The notes under the pieces: generated by a model
The model's input: only the letters and a program-made list of their open reading frames with translations
Told to the model about the DNA's origin: nothing
The model's database searches: none
Source: Octopus vulgaris
Taxonomy: Eukaryota
Direction: 5' to 3'
NCBI GenBank assembly: GCA_951406725.2
Contig: OX597827.1
Coordinates: 47,492,001 to 47,556,000, forward strand
Length of the DNA stretch: 64,000 bases
Part shown: piece after piece, positions 1 to 12,826 of the stretch
Position numbering within the stretch: the stretch's first letter is position 1
How the letters are laid out: each line of letters begins with the position of its first letter
Translations under genes and position numbers: made by a program

Positions 1-110
1 TGAAAGCAAAGTCGGCCTCGGTGGAATTTGAACTCAAACGTAAGGACGGGCGAAATGACGCTAAACCTTTTTGACACGGTGTGCTAAAGATTCTGCCAGC
101 TCGTCACCTG
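1..110 (-). mobile_element. SINE family B, partial copy cut by the window edge
   Basis: Reverse complement of the family-B 5' part (gagctggcagaa...gagttcaaattc...gagg.cgactttgc) seen in full at 20111, 43344, 52036 and 60121. Confidence 0.8.
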
Positions 111-127
111 AAATTAAACACTAATAT

Positions 128-505
128 TTAATTCTTTATTGCCCACATGGGGCTAAACATAGAGAGCATAAACAAGGACAGTGCGTAACTGGTACATATT
201 TAATTGATCCCGAAAGGATGAAAGGCAATGTCGACCTCGGCGGAATTTGAACTCAGAACGTAGCGGCAGAAGAAATACCTATTTCTTTACTTCCCACAAG
301 GGGCAAAACACAGAAAGGACAGACAAGGATAGACAAACGGATTAAGTCGATTATATCGACCCCAGTGCGTAACTGGTACTTCATTTATCGACCCTGAAAG
401 GATGAAAGACAAAGTCGACCTCGGTGGAATTTAAACTCAGAACGTAACGGCAGACGAAATATGGCTACGCATTTCGCCCGGCGTGTTAACGATTCTGCCA
501 GTTCA
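128..505 (-). mobile_element. SINE family B head-to-tail dimer (full unit plus 5'-truncated unit)
   Basis: Two consecutive copies of the family-B body joined at gaaatacc|tatttctttac (about 278), the same junction as in 23167-23587. Confidence 0.85.
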
Positions 506-2383
506 CGGCAGGCAGGGTAAGATCGATGGACAGAATTTCTAGATTTTCCAGTATTTAATAACTTAAGAACAATGCCAGAAATTGCATAATGATAGGGAGG
601 GGTTTAAGTCGATACCATCGACACCAGTCCTTAGCTCGTACTTCATGTATTGAAGACGGTGTGCTGGCAAAAATGTTGATAAAATAAGTACCAATTGAAC
701 ACTAAGGTAGATTCACTTGACTTATTCCCGCTCCTAATATCGCTGCTCATATGCCAAAGTTTGAAACCAATATTTTTAATACATACAAATATAATACAAT
801 TCAAGATTGATAATATTTTAGAAGTAAACCAATATACCAAACTTTCAATACACCATTTCCGTCTTAAAAGATGAAGGAAAAACATAATGGATATACTAGT
901 ATATGGTGGTATAGATATACCATCATATCTGAGATCGTGTATCTTAGTATTCTAATGCGGTAGTTAGAGATCGAATTACATGGTTTATAGTTTCTGTTTG
1001 ATCCGAGCAAAACTAAGACTCGTTTTCCTCCTCTTTCCCTCCACATCATCATAATCAGCGTCATCTTTATCATAGTTCGTCCTCCTCCTAACCCGCCTCC
1101 TCATGAGAAAACCAATGTGAAAGCCAATGAAAAAGAAACGTTGCACAGTCACGTGACTTTCTAGAAAGACTGTGTAACGCATTCTATCCAGCTCGTAAAA
1201 ATTGTAAATAAATATTGGAGAATAAAGTCCTAGTTACAATATCACCGTAATAAGACGTAACAGTGTTGGGGCACTTTTATCATAGATATGGTCAATCAAT
1301 GCTGGTCGGGCCCAAATCACCAACAAGAAATATTCGCAGCAATTCTAAAGAATAAAAGTCGACATTCTAATAGAGTGTCTCGAACAACAACTCAACCGTT
1401 GGTATTTCCTGTAATCAGTTTCAGATGATTTCGAGGTCATCTATAATTATGAGCATCATCATCATCCTTAACACCACCACCGTCATCACCACCACCACCG
1501 CCACTACCGTCACAGTCACTAACACCACCACCATTACAATAATCAGCAGTAGCATCACAGACCAATGAATCAGAGAGAGAATGTGAGAAAGAGGAAGTGA
1601 GAGAAAGTGGGTGTGAGAGAGAGAACGTAAGGGAGAGAGAGTGTGTGTGTAAGAGAGAGATTCTGAGAGATATTGAGAAGCAGAGGGAGTGAGGAAAAGA
1701 TAGTGAGAGAGCTCCTTCATTCGGAAACGATCATTTATAATGAAGAACCAAATGTTCTTCAAATCACATCCCACAGACTTGAGAAAGATAAAAGGAAATA
1801 CGAATTACTGTCTTTTGCAGCATGCCTTAACATTTGGCAGGTGTTATATGTTATGAAATAGAACATCAACTTTAATTAGTTAAATGATAACCATTTTGTC
1901 TACTTGCAGAATTTGATTTCGTAACGTTAAAGGTTTGCGATAATACAAGGCATGTCATTTTGTCCGTAACCCTTTCATCTGAAGAATCGAGATGAAAGCA
2001 CACACACTTCATTCAATGAAATATTATTGGAAATCAGATATAATATAACAAATAAAACTTCTTTACACTCTAGGTATCCGAGACTTACTGCTTATCTATA
2101 AACGACATTTTACAAGCGGTTTCAATTTCCCTATTCCCCGATAATAGTTTCAAATTTTCTATATTTACCTTCATTTTATAGGAAACCTGCAGGATGCAAT
2201 ATTATATGAAAGACTATCAAATAAAGCCTGCTTGACGCATTTCAACTGACACCGCTTCAACATCATAACAGAGTCTCTCCATTCAAAGTGACGTATAATG
2301 TCTTGTTATCTCGTAAAGCACCATTTTGGTACAGCATATAGTGTGCTGGAGGAATTTTACGTGGATTCACAAGCCATTACACG

Positions 2384-2425
<42 letters not shown>

Positions 2426-2439
2426 ATTGTTGTATATAT

Positions 2440-2842
2440 GAATGGTCATTTTGCCAGTTTAGCCAATAAACACACACTCACTATATATTTGGTGTTACTT
2501 TGCTTCAGCGTTATTCATTGTTTACATTAATCTTAATCTTATTCCGGTCAGAGTTTTTTCGTCATACTCCTGTGACCGCATCAGTGGTCCTTTGCTTTCT
2601 TCTTTCTTATTTGTGTGTCTCTCCTTACTAACCGCCAGCCATTTTGTATTTCTATTGTATGTGTCGTCATCTGCGCATGCGCATATCTCTATGTGCGTCT
2701 ATGTATGTGTGACGAAAGAACTCTGGCCGAAATAAGATTAAGATTAATGTAAAAAATAAAAAAATAAATAACGCTGAAGCAAAGTAACACCAAATATATA
2801 GTGCGTGTGTTTTTATTGACTAAACTGGCAAAATGACCATTC
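2440..2842. repeat. Fold-back inverted repeat (~130-bp arms) beside (TA)n, with a degenerate hammerhead motif; Penelope-like terminus
   Basis: 2440-2567 is the reverse complement of about 2707-2842 (gaatggtcattttgccagtttag... / ...ctaaactggcaaaatgaccattc). The minus strand at 2545-2590 reads cca-CUGAUGC-g-guca..ugac-GAAA-aaac-UC. Confidence 0.8.
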
Positions 2843-2898
2843 CTAAATACAATATCTGTTTCAACACACGATTTCACATAAAAAATCTTGCAAAACAA

Positions 2899-2935
<37 letters not shown>

Positions 2936-4055
2936 ATGTAAACATAGTTAGCGATTATTAGTAACCGACAAAGGGATAAAATATCCCTATATACAATCGG
3001 TATCCGTTTGTATATATTATCTTCGAGCATTGGTGTGCAGGAATACATACACGTAGAGTGCAGATAACAACAGGCTAAACAAGAGCTTACCAGGAACCAA
3101 TGCAAATAATTAGAAACTGGGAAAAATAACAGATTAACAAACACATCGAATAGACCACATTTATAGCTTATTTTTTAATACAAAGCATGGCATAACAAAA
3201 ATAGGTTACGTAACGTATCTTACTGCCGTTACAGATCGGTTACCAAAATGCAGTTTATAAATAAATGCGAGAATAAAGTTATTCATCTTTATAGGGCATT
3301 CGAATTAAAGCAAAGGAGCTTCATCAAAGTAAACAAAAACAATAAAAAGATAAAACCACTGTCTACAATATAAACAACGGTAAGAAGAAAATAGAAAGAA
3401 ATATGTAGGATTTACTACATCCTACGATGAGCTCCAATATCTACTGCTCTTTATGAATGGTGAAGATGGTTACCATTTCGGCATAATACCAACAAACCCG
3501 AAGACTGCATCAATAAAGCAGTTTCCTGCATGGACTTCAGTATCAAAGCATATTCTTCAATTACTCCCACTAACCACACAGTAAGCTATTACGCCTTATT
3601 TTTCAAGTAATTCATTACTACATATTCTCATGTGACTGCATAGGTTCAGTTTATGTTTCTTCTTCTACAGCCACACCAGCAATCCAATGCCAACAATTTG
3701 CCTTCTGCAACATTTCAACAGTTCACTTCTCCGTTGCCGTCTTCCACTGTAGCCCTTTTGCATTACACCTACATTCATTCCACTGTTATCCAGACAATGG
3801 GTCGCGTTTGACGTAGCGCCGTCGGCCGCAAAAGAGAGTATATTCCCTGACAGATTTTCAGTGCATTAAAAAATCACATACATCCCATCCCATGACAGGT
3901 TAGGGCCTGGAAACCTCCAAATAGACGCCTGACATGTCTCTTAGTCGAATTAGCCTGTCATTTACTCCACAAATATTTTGTGGTCAATGCTACACTTGCC
4001 CGTATCACATGTTTCAACATAACTGTAATATATATACAAACTATGCCATTTTAAT

Positions 4056-4084
4056 CTCGAGCAATGCTGAGTGTCTCTACTAGT
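4056..4084 (+). mobile_element. Possible Helitron 3' terminus
   Basis: Short hairpin ctcgagc-aat-gctgag followed 8 nt later by CTAG|T, which is the canonical Helitron end geometry. 5' end not identified. Confidence 0.45.
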
Positions 4085-5015
4085 AAAATCTAAAAGGTAC
4101 AAATTATACTATTGAGAACTAAATCGCTCAGTAATAGAATTAATGGATTTTAAAATATGAAGGACATAAAATATCTTTTATAATTGTTAAACATCTAGTT
4201 TAATTATTGTTCTAATACGTTTCCTCTAAACTTGAGGTCCTCACAGTGCTGTCTCTACTACTTGAGAAATTAATGATCACAAGTCATTGATAATATCTTT
4301 TGAATGTATACATTTCCTGTTAAAATAATTACAATGACATAATGCTTTAAATGAAGAAGTTCTTAAGCTATTAATGGAGAGAAAATAGCCATGTGAGGTT
4401 GTCTTCATCCTTTTGCGGTCAATAAAATAAGTACCAAGCAATTACTGGGATCATTGTTAAAGCTAATCCTTTTTTATTTCAAACTTGATGGCCTTCTGCC
4501 AAATTTTGAAACAGTCCCATTCTTGAAAAATTCCTTTTACTTTTGAGACAGGGCTGTATTTGATTTCCACGTATTTAATTTGCTGTATTATTAGGTCAGC
4601 TACATATTGTGTTATATATCCAATATTCATATAATGGTATTCTGGGAACTGTAAAAGATTTAATCAATTGGATGCGCACAATTTTCTTATCTATTTTGCT
4701 GTCTTCCCTAAATTCTCAGTTGTTCAATAACTATTCATTACACACACAACAACTTCTTTCCATACACCCTCTGATTATTCGCTATGAAGTTATCATTTTT
4801 CAGGCGAACAACTAACCTCTTAGGCAGGATCATACACGCTTGTATATATTTTGTGTTAAATTGGTCAAACAGAGATTGCACTAGTTTCAAAGAATTAAAC
4901 CGAAATAACCAATTAGATATTTATTGTTGTTTATTTTGTAAGCATTGTCTGTAATATCTACATCTTCATCTATACTGTTTCAGTATATTAATTAGAATTT
5001 GATGATATTTATCAC

Positions 5016-5640
5016 TTATGAATTATTAGCCCTGATGTACCGCATAGTTCGCCTCTGTTTATCCTGACCGATGCTTATGCTTTTAGCTATGTATCTCCCC
5101 TGCTTTATATTTCTCATGTACTTAGAACCTTTGATGTGCAGCATATAATTATTCAATACGTTATGCAATATCAGTGGATTTATGCTAATACCAATATTCA
5201 CTTATCGATGTTGTGTTAGTATTTGTTTCAAATACATACTATGATCTAATGAGAGGCCACCGTTTTTATAGTAACTTGTTTTCATGCCAACACTAGCATA
5301 TATTGTTTCAAGCCTTCATTTCCTTCCAAATTTCTTTCGCTTTTTCATGTTTTTCTATATTCTTAATTTTACATACCTTCTTTCTTTCTCTTCAGTATAA
5401 TATTACACTTTATCCTCTTATATTTTTTTACAATAGAATAATTATTTTCTCTTCTCATTAGTGTTCCATATATTCTGTCGATTGTATTTCGATGGCGCTG
5501 TATAAGAAGAAGCTCAGTTCTCATAAATATTGCTACGACTAATCATTATATAAGCTTGTATAACATATTGATGTTCGTGTCTGCTTTTATGGAATAGTTT
5601 TCTTTAAGAAGATACGATGGTACATATGCTAGACATGTTT
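5016..5640 (-). pseudogene. Possible highly decayed Penelope-like RT-thumb/GIY-YIG remnant
   Basis: Broken minus-strand peptides SKYMRNIK...IAKA*A...ELC and KTIP*K loosely resemble the PLE motifs LSKYIWxLK...IIAKAxAY...CxLC and IIKQIP. Many stops. Confidence 0.3.
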
Positions 5641-5855
5641 GTTTATTCGAAAGTCAAAGTTGCCTTCCCGTGGGTCCATGCTTGCTGATTAATTATTTTT
5701 TAAAGCAATTTCTGAATCATTTCTTTTTCATGTTCCTTTTAATTTGGTTAGCATATTCGCTTTTGTAACGCGTGTTTATATTATATGTAATACCATGCGA
5801 ATAGAGAATATCTTTTTTCCGTAGTGTATTTTATAATCAAATTTCTCTTCGAATT

Positions 5856-6612
5856 TTCTTCTTCTTCTTCTTCTTCTTCTTCTTCTTCTTCTTCTTCTTC
5901 TTCTTCTATTTCTTCTTCTTCTTCTTCTTCTTCTTCTTTTTCTTCTATTTCTTCTTGTTCTTCTTCTTCTTCTTCTTCTTCTTCTTCTTCTTCTTCTTCT
6001 TTTCTTCTTCTTCTTCTTCTTCTTCTTCTTCTTCTTTTTCTTCTTTTTCTTCTATTTCTTCTTCTTCTTCTTCTTCTTCTTCTTCTTCTTCTATTTTTTC
6101 TTCTTCTTCTTTTTCTTCCTCTTCTTCTTCTTCTTCTTCTTCTTTTTCTTCTTCTTTTCCTTCTTCTTTTTCTTCTATTTCTTCTTCTTCTTCTTTTTCT
6201 TCTATTTCTTCTTCTTTCTCTTCTTCTTCTTCTTTTTCTTCTTCTTCTTCTTCTTCTTCTTCTTTTTCTTCTTCTTCTTTTCTTCTTCTTCTTCTTCTTC
6301 TTTTTTTCTTCTTCTTTTTCTTCTTCTTCTTCTTCTTCTTCTTCTATTTCTTCTCTTCTTCTTCTTCTTCTTCTTCTTCTTCTTCTTCTTCTTCTTTTTC
6401 TTCTTCTTCTTCTTCTTCTTCTTCTTCTTCTTTTTCTTCTTCTTTTTTTTCTTCTTATTCTCTTCTTCTTCTTCTTCTTTTTCTTCTTTCTCTTCTTCTT
6501 CTTCTACTTCTTCTTTTTTCTTCTTCTCTTCTTCTTCTTCTTTTTCTTCTTTCTCTTCTTCTTCTTCTTCTTCTTCTTCTATTTTTTCTTCTTCTTCTTC
6601 TACTTCTTCTTC

Positions 6613-6644
<32 letters not shown>

Positions 6645-6690
6645 CTTCTTCTTCTTCTTCTTCTTCTCCTTCTTCTTCTTCTTCTTCTTT
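5856..6690. repeat. ~835-bp (TTC)n/(GAA)n polypyrimidine tract with TTT, CTA and CTC interruptions
   Basis: Seen directly; it generates the poly-S/L/F/R/K ORFs in the track. Confidence 0.98.
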
Positions 6691-7020
6691 CCCCCAAAAG
6701 TTATTAACAGCACAAATTCTCTAATCGAATCTCCGAATTTCTGAAATGTATGTAAACAGAAAAATAGATTTAAATACACACAATAAAACATTAAATAAAC
6801 ATACATCTAGAAAACAGAGTGTCAAAAATTAACATGAAATGAAAACTTCAATGAGTATGAAAGCAGTCCCGACAACAACAGCGATCGATTCACCATGTAC
6901 CTGCGGTGCAAGTAAAAATGTAACACTAGCAATGAGTAAAAACTATGTAACAATAAAACTTTGTACAATATATTTTACAAAAGACAATGATACCTTTTGT
7001 GAAGAATTTATTCACAAGTA

Positions 7021-7191
7021 GGCGTAGGAGTGGCTGTGTGGTAAGCAGCTTGCTTACGAACCACATGGCTCCGGGTTCAGTCCCACTGCGTGGCACCTTG
7101 GGCAAGTGTCTTCTACTATATCGTGGGCTGACCAGAGCCTTAGCAGTGGATTTTAATAGACGGAAACTGAAAGAAGCCCGTCGTATATATG

Positions 7192-7222
<31 letters not shown>

Positions 7223-7427
7223 TTGTGCGTCTGTGTTTGTCCCGCCCAACATCTCTTGACAACCGATGGTGGTGTGTTTATGTTCCCGTAACTTAGTGGT
7301 TCGGCAAAAGACTCCAATAGAATAAGTACTAGGCTTACAAAGAATATGTTCTGGGGTCGATTTTCTCGACTAAAGGCGATGCTCCAGCATGGCCACAGTC
7401 AAATAATTGAAACAAGTAAAAGAGTAA
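7021..7427 (+). mobile_element. SINE family A (tRNA-like head, CORE-like segment, central (TA)n(TG)n microsatellite), full length
   Basis: ggcgtaggagtggctgtgtggtaag...gggttcagtccc (A/B-box-like), caccttgggcaagtgtcttc, central microsatellite, 3' tail aaacaagtaaaagagtaa; about 10 copies in the window. Confidence 0.92.
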
Positions 7428-10050
7428 GCAGACGATGAGAAAAGGGGATACTTCAATATGTTCCTTTTTTTTTTTAAAGAAAGAAACAGCTTTAAAAACC
7501 TGAGTTGGCCTAATATCTGACCGAGCTGCTACTCTATCAACCGCTGAATGGTATATGGAAATCCTAGAACAATATGAGGCACCATACGCCTGCTCTCATA
7601 CTTTTGCCTTCCGTAATTGGATGACTATATTACGAGGCTAGATTTATCGTAACTAACTTGGTATCTAGATTTTCGCCTTCACCAACAAAGAATTCTAAAA
7701 GTTAGTGAGTACGGAAATGATCTGCAACAAGTAGGGATGAACGCGTATTTGCATGGACAGTCAGGTTGTGATGACATTTGAAATTTACTGGGCAAGTATG
7801 ACCTATAAGATATGGCATCGGTGGAGTGGAGTGGAGAGTAATTAGGCTGTTGATAGAAAGACAGCAGAAAGATATTTGATACATGTGAGGTAGTAAGGTA
7901 GTAACAGTCGCTTGAGGCTCTTCCGTCCGGAAGTAGAAACAAGATCTCATTAACAGTAAGCTATTAGGAAAAGTATAAAAGACAGTTCGTGAGTTGAGGA
8001 TCGTAGATTTTTGGTTGTATTGATTCCACAACACAACAATTTGCGGCCCGGACGATAGCGAGTGTGGAAAGCGACGATATCAGCTCAGTCTTATTGTAAA
8101 GGTCACGTAACACCGATGATGAGGTCGGATAATGAATTGGTGAAAGGTTTTCAAATCTTGTCTAACAGACGACTTCCCCACTTACCAGAAATTGTTGGCC
8201 TTGCGTAAAAATCTTAAACCAGTATTTCTTCAAGCGATTTGAATTCTGAGAACACATTTGATCTCGCTGCCTTTGCAGAAATACATATCAGTCATACACT
8301 GGGATTCGTTTCTGTACACAATATTCCGCATCTTGAATTCAATGGCCATATACAAAATTAATTCCATCTCCCTCTATCTATTATGTTCCGGTCACACCGC
8401 GTTATGAATTACTTTTAGTATGTCCTGTTTCAATAAAATAATCGCAAGTTTTATATTGTGATAAATTCAAGCGAATGTCAGTCCTTATTTACAAAATGTT
8501 GGTATTGTTACTGAGATAAAAGCGAATAATACTAGTAAATGTCGTAAAATTGATTTCATTTCATTTCAGATAACTTTACAGGGAATTGGTAAAATCACAT
8601 AGTAACGTTCTAAATACGACGTAGGTAGATGTTGTAAAAGTTATTAGAGCAGCGACAATATCTAGTATTGTTGAAATTAATTAATTAATTTACTGGCCAA
8701 ATTTCCCTATGAAAAGTGACGAAGTCAGCCATATATATATATATAAAGAAAGATAGAGTAAGCGTTACCACGCTTGTTCTATCAAAACCATATATTTACA
8801 TACTTCTGTGTGTGTGTGTGTATGTTTGTGTGAGTGTCTGTGTTTGTATGTGTGCTTGCATTTGTGCGTTTCGTTTTGTTGGAACAAAGTAAACGAGTAT
8901 GTACTTTAAATAATATTTAATCGTCAGAAGCTGAAAGCGACTCAAGGGACGGGAGTTTCGTGTGTAACACTTATATATATATATATATATAAGATAAAAG
9001 AGAAAACAAGTAGATTGGTCGTGAAATGTGTCGACAAGACTTGTATTGTAACATTTGGAGACAGAAACAGAAAGTGCATTGATCAATTACCATCGAATGT
9101 ATGGGTAACCCATATGTTGGCCAGATAACTGCTTCAGCTTTAAGAGGACATGTGGAAAACAAGAAGGGCAGACATTTTATTTCGTTTATATTTGAGTCAC
9201 CTGCGCTAACCAAACACGATAATAGCTGGCGTAGGCGGGCGGGAAGTAGCGGAGGAGAGAAACTAGATAAGTAAGGGTGAAAGAAAGAAACGAAACACTA
9301 ATTTTGAATGCAAAGCCTATTTCCTTTCTTTTCTTTAAACTTGTGGGTCTATGTTCAACAGATGTTTATTTACATCGGAAAATGAGTAATGTAATCGGCA
9401 ATGTTATTGGAGCTCTTGGCGAATTGTGGGCCCGTAACAGTATGTTTCGAACTTGTTTATAAAAGAAAGCGGTAAAGTGTCGGACTGTATCCACAATGTA
9501 ATGTGTGCTGCAAAATTTTAATATGATGTAATATATGAAGTTATACGAAATGCGGCTGAAATTTGGTGAGATGGGTACTGTTCGTTAGGCCTGGTCATGG
9601 TTGTAATGTTACTGATGTAGGAACTGCTGTTGCGAGCGCACTTATTTGTGTCAGGTTGTGTATGGCTTGTCGCTGTGGATATTATAACAAGAAGATTAAC
9701 GAGTTTCCTATATTTCTTGAAGGCAAGGAAGAGTAGCGCATACAATATAGGGGTAGATGCGGAGTGAGGGTGTTGGACATGGAAGTTTCAAATGCATTTA
9801 TTATGAGAACTGACAGCAAGTAGGATCCGATTTAGAGAGAAATGTCGCATTCTCTCACATTCAGATTAATAATCCAAATAAATGCTGCACTGGTAACTAA
9901 GCCTGAAGAATTGAGAGAGCACCCACCAATCATAGCCGACCACATACGCCAACTTGTTATCTATTCATATCTTCGCTACAAAAACTGTTTTTGTGAATTT
10001 TTGTTGCTTTTTAATAAAGTATATACATATATAAACATATATGTATATCA

Positions 10051-10084
<34 letters not shown>

Positions 10085-10124
10085 ACACATACAAACACGC
10101 ACACACACACAGATGTTGGGGGGG

Positions 10125-10373
10125 GGGTCATCTTTACTTTGTTATCTCCCCTACTTTCCCTCTCGTGTGTGATCCTTCTGTCCGAAGTCAGTCGCCATTA
10201 TAGATCGTTAGCCATTACACACATATTTCTCTCCTTGTTTTTTCTGTGTCCCTTTCTATAGAAGAGCGTAGGCTCGAAACGTAAAAGACTTTTTCTATTC
10301 CTGAGCGTTATGCTAATACACCTATTTGATTTGTACACCACCTGTCTTCGTCTTTTGTTTTTCCGTAAACTCC

Positions 10374-10378
<5 letters not shown>
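10125..10378 (+). mobile_element. Short non-coding repeat (family H1) carrying a variant hammerhead motif, ending in (TA)n
   Basis: Homologous to 33947-34160 (-) and 57925-58198 (+); 10252-10287 reads cuuu-CUAUAGA-a-gagc-guag-gcuc-GAAA-cg-UA-aaag. Confidence 0.8.
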
Positions 10379-10404
<26 letters not shown>

Positions 10405-10529
10405 CGTTTGTAAATTTGTGTTGCAAGATTCCTTATGCGAAACCCTGTGTCGAAATATATGTAATTCGGGATAGTCATATTCCTTTTTTTTGGGGAAAAT
10501 TAACACACCTGTCCAAAAAAAGTGAACAT

Positions 10530-10968
10530 GGCGCAGGAGTGGCTATGTAGTAAGTAGCTTACTTCCTAACTACATGGTTCTAGGTTCAGTCCCACTATGT
10601 GGCAACTAGGGTAGGTATCTTCCACTAAAGCCTCGGGGTGACCAAAAATTTGTAAGGGGATCTGGTTTTCGGAAACTGGTAGAAAACCGTCGTATATCTA
10701 TGTATGTATATCCATGTGTGTGTATGTATGTATATATGTATGTATTTGCGTGTGTTTGAGTCTGCTTTTGGCCCCCCACCATGACTTGACAACCGATGTT
10801 GGGGGTGTCTACGTCCCCGTACCTTGGCGATTCGACAAAAGATTCTGATAGAGTAAGTACTAGGCTTACAAAAAATAAGTCCTTGGTTCGATTTGTTCGA
10901 CTGTAGGCGGTGCTCCACCATGGCCACAGTCAAATAACTGAAACAAATAAAAGTATAAAAGTAAAAAG
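10530..10968 (+). mobile_element. SINE family A, full length
   Basis: Colinear with 7021-7427. Confidence 0.9.
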
Positions 10969-10988
10969 AATAATTCCAAAGTAAAACA

Positions 10989-11114
<126 letters not shown>

Positions 11115-11399
11115 AACAGCTAAAAATAACAGCTGAAACTAATTAGTACATGGGTAATTATTTTATTTCGTATATTTTTCACTTGTTTATTGCTATGGTT
11201 TTGTGTTGAGTTTGATCTGAGAACATAATCTTTTGTGGTGAATGGCGATTTGACGTCTATATCTAGCATGTTGACTGTCCACTTTTCGTGTTCAGTCCTT
11301 AATTGGTATATATAAATATTTTAATCTTCGGATTCTTTTTTAATATGCTAGACCACTGGTCTTAATTGATAAATATCAATTTCTACCCTTAATTAATTT
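11115..11399 (+). mobile_element. Short repeat (family H2) embedded in (TA)n; begins with the 3' half of a hammerhead
   Basis: 11234-11399 matches the reverse complement of 34185-34350; 11118-11150 reads agcu..agcu-GAAA-cuaauuag-UA (palindromic stem III), with the 5' core lost. Confidence 0.7.
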
Positions 11400-11490
11400 T
11401 ATATATATATATATATATATGTGTGTATGTATATATATAAGTATATATATATATGTATATATAATATATATGTATATATATATATATATG

Positions 11491-11535
<45 letters not shown>

Positions 11536-11565
11536 TGTTGTACTTAGGAATTATTCTTTTTTCTT

Positions 11566-11597
<32 letters not shown>

Positions 11598-11624
11598 AAG
11601 GGGGTATGATTTTGTATAGGGGGA

Positions 11625-11820
11625 TATATATTATTCAAAGGAATTCCAACTCCCTTAATATTTGATATTCAGTATTGCATCTATTCAATAAGACAATACT
11701 TCATTTCATTTTACTATATATGCTATTTATACTATATACTCTATATTCTACATTAATATTATAAAGGATACAAATACAGCATAAAAACAGACAGAGTTGG
11801 AATTCCTTTGAACAATGTAT
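11625..11820. mobile_element. MITE-like element with ~27-bp terminal inverted repeats in TA-rich DNA
   Basis: atatattattcaaaggaattccaactc (11626-11652) versus gagttggaattcctttgaacaatgtat (11794-11820). Confidence 0.6.
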
Positions 11821-11821
11821 G

Positions 11822-11866
<45 letters not shown>

Positions 11867-12535
11867 GTATATGTATTTATATATATTATGTATATATACA
11901 ATATATATATACATATATCTATATGTATATATATTTATATATATCTGTATATGTATATATATATATATATATACACTTATAATTACACATGCATATATAT
12001 ATATATATATATATATACACTTATACTTACACACGCATATATTCATTCATGAGCTTTTCTAGATTTATAATACGTTAACTTGTAAGCACTAGCTTCTAAT
12101 TCTAACTATACTTTCTGCCTACGCATAATCTGTATAAGAGTTTCTTACTTCAACAAAATAGCATGCGTTTTACAATATACAAAAAGACAAAAATGCAAGA
12201 GAGTCTTAAAGGGTAAGATAGCATCATAGATGCAGCTGCATATATTTTCGTGCAATTGGGATCAGATATGTTTATGAAACCACTATATATTGATTTGCAC
12301 TCAGTACCAGCGCAGATGCATATTTAGACATATGAATACATACTACCATAGTTGAAGTGAATGATTTTATACTAACAATCAAACCTACCCCACATATATG
12401 TGTATGGATGTACATATGTATGGATATATCTAAATTATAGTTATGCGTCTACCTAAAGATATATGCAAACACAGATATATATATACAATTATATAAAAGT
12501 ATATATATATATATATATATATGTATAGCTATCTA

Positions 12536-12590
<55 letters not shown>

Positions 12591-12598
12591 TTCTACCC

Positions 12599-12634
<36 letters not shown>

Positions 12635-12826
12635 GTATTTGTACATATTCAGTGTGTTCACTGGTAATGCCCTATGAAAAAACTACCATTGATTTGACAT
12701 CTGTTATGATCTGAGCAATATAGGCCACATCTCATACATGCTGTGAGTAGGCACATAACCTGTATATTAAACGATGTAGGATTCACATGCACGCAAATAC
12801 AGACACTCACACACAGATGTATGTAT

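Noticed and set aside
1421-1774. 117-aa ORF with a hydrophobic V/M-rich segment
   Set aside because: Derived from (CAC/CAT)n and (GA)n low-complexity sequence
5824-6744. 306-aa and 250-aa ORFs (poly-S/L/F) and the reverse poly-R/K ORFs
   Set aside because: Pure translation of the (TTC)n tract, which has no stop codon in any frame
7021-7095. tRNA-like sequences at the SINE heads (also 20111, 22366, 26320-26388)
   Set aside because: They have A/B-box similarity but no complete cloverleaf or acceptor stem and continue into SINE bodies, so they are not tRNA genes
11399-12062. Numerous YIYI/VCVC/THTH ORFs here and throughout the window
   Set aside because: Translations of (TA)n, (TG)n, (CA)n and (TATG)n microsatellites
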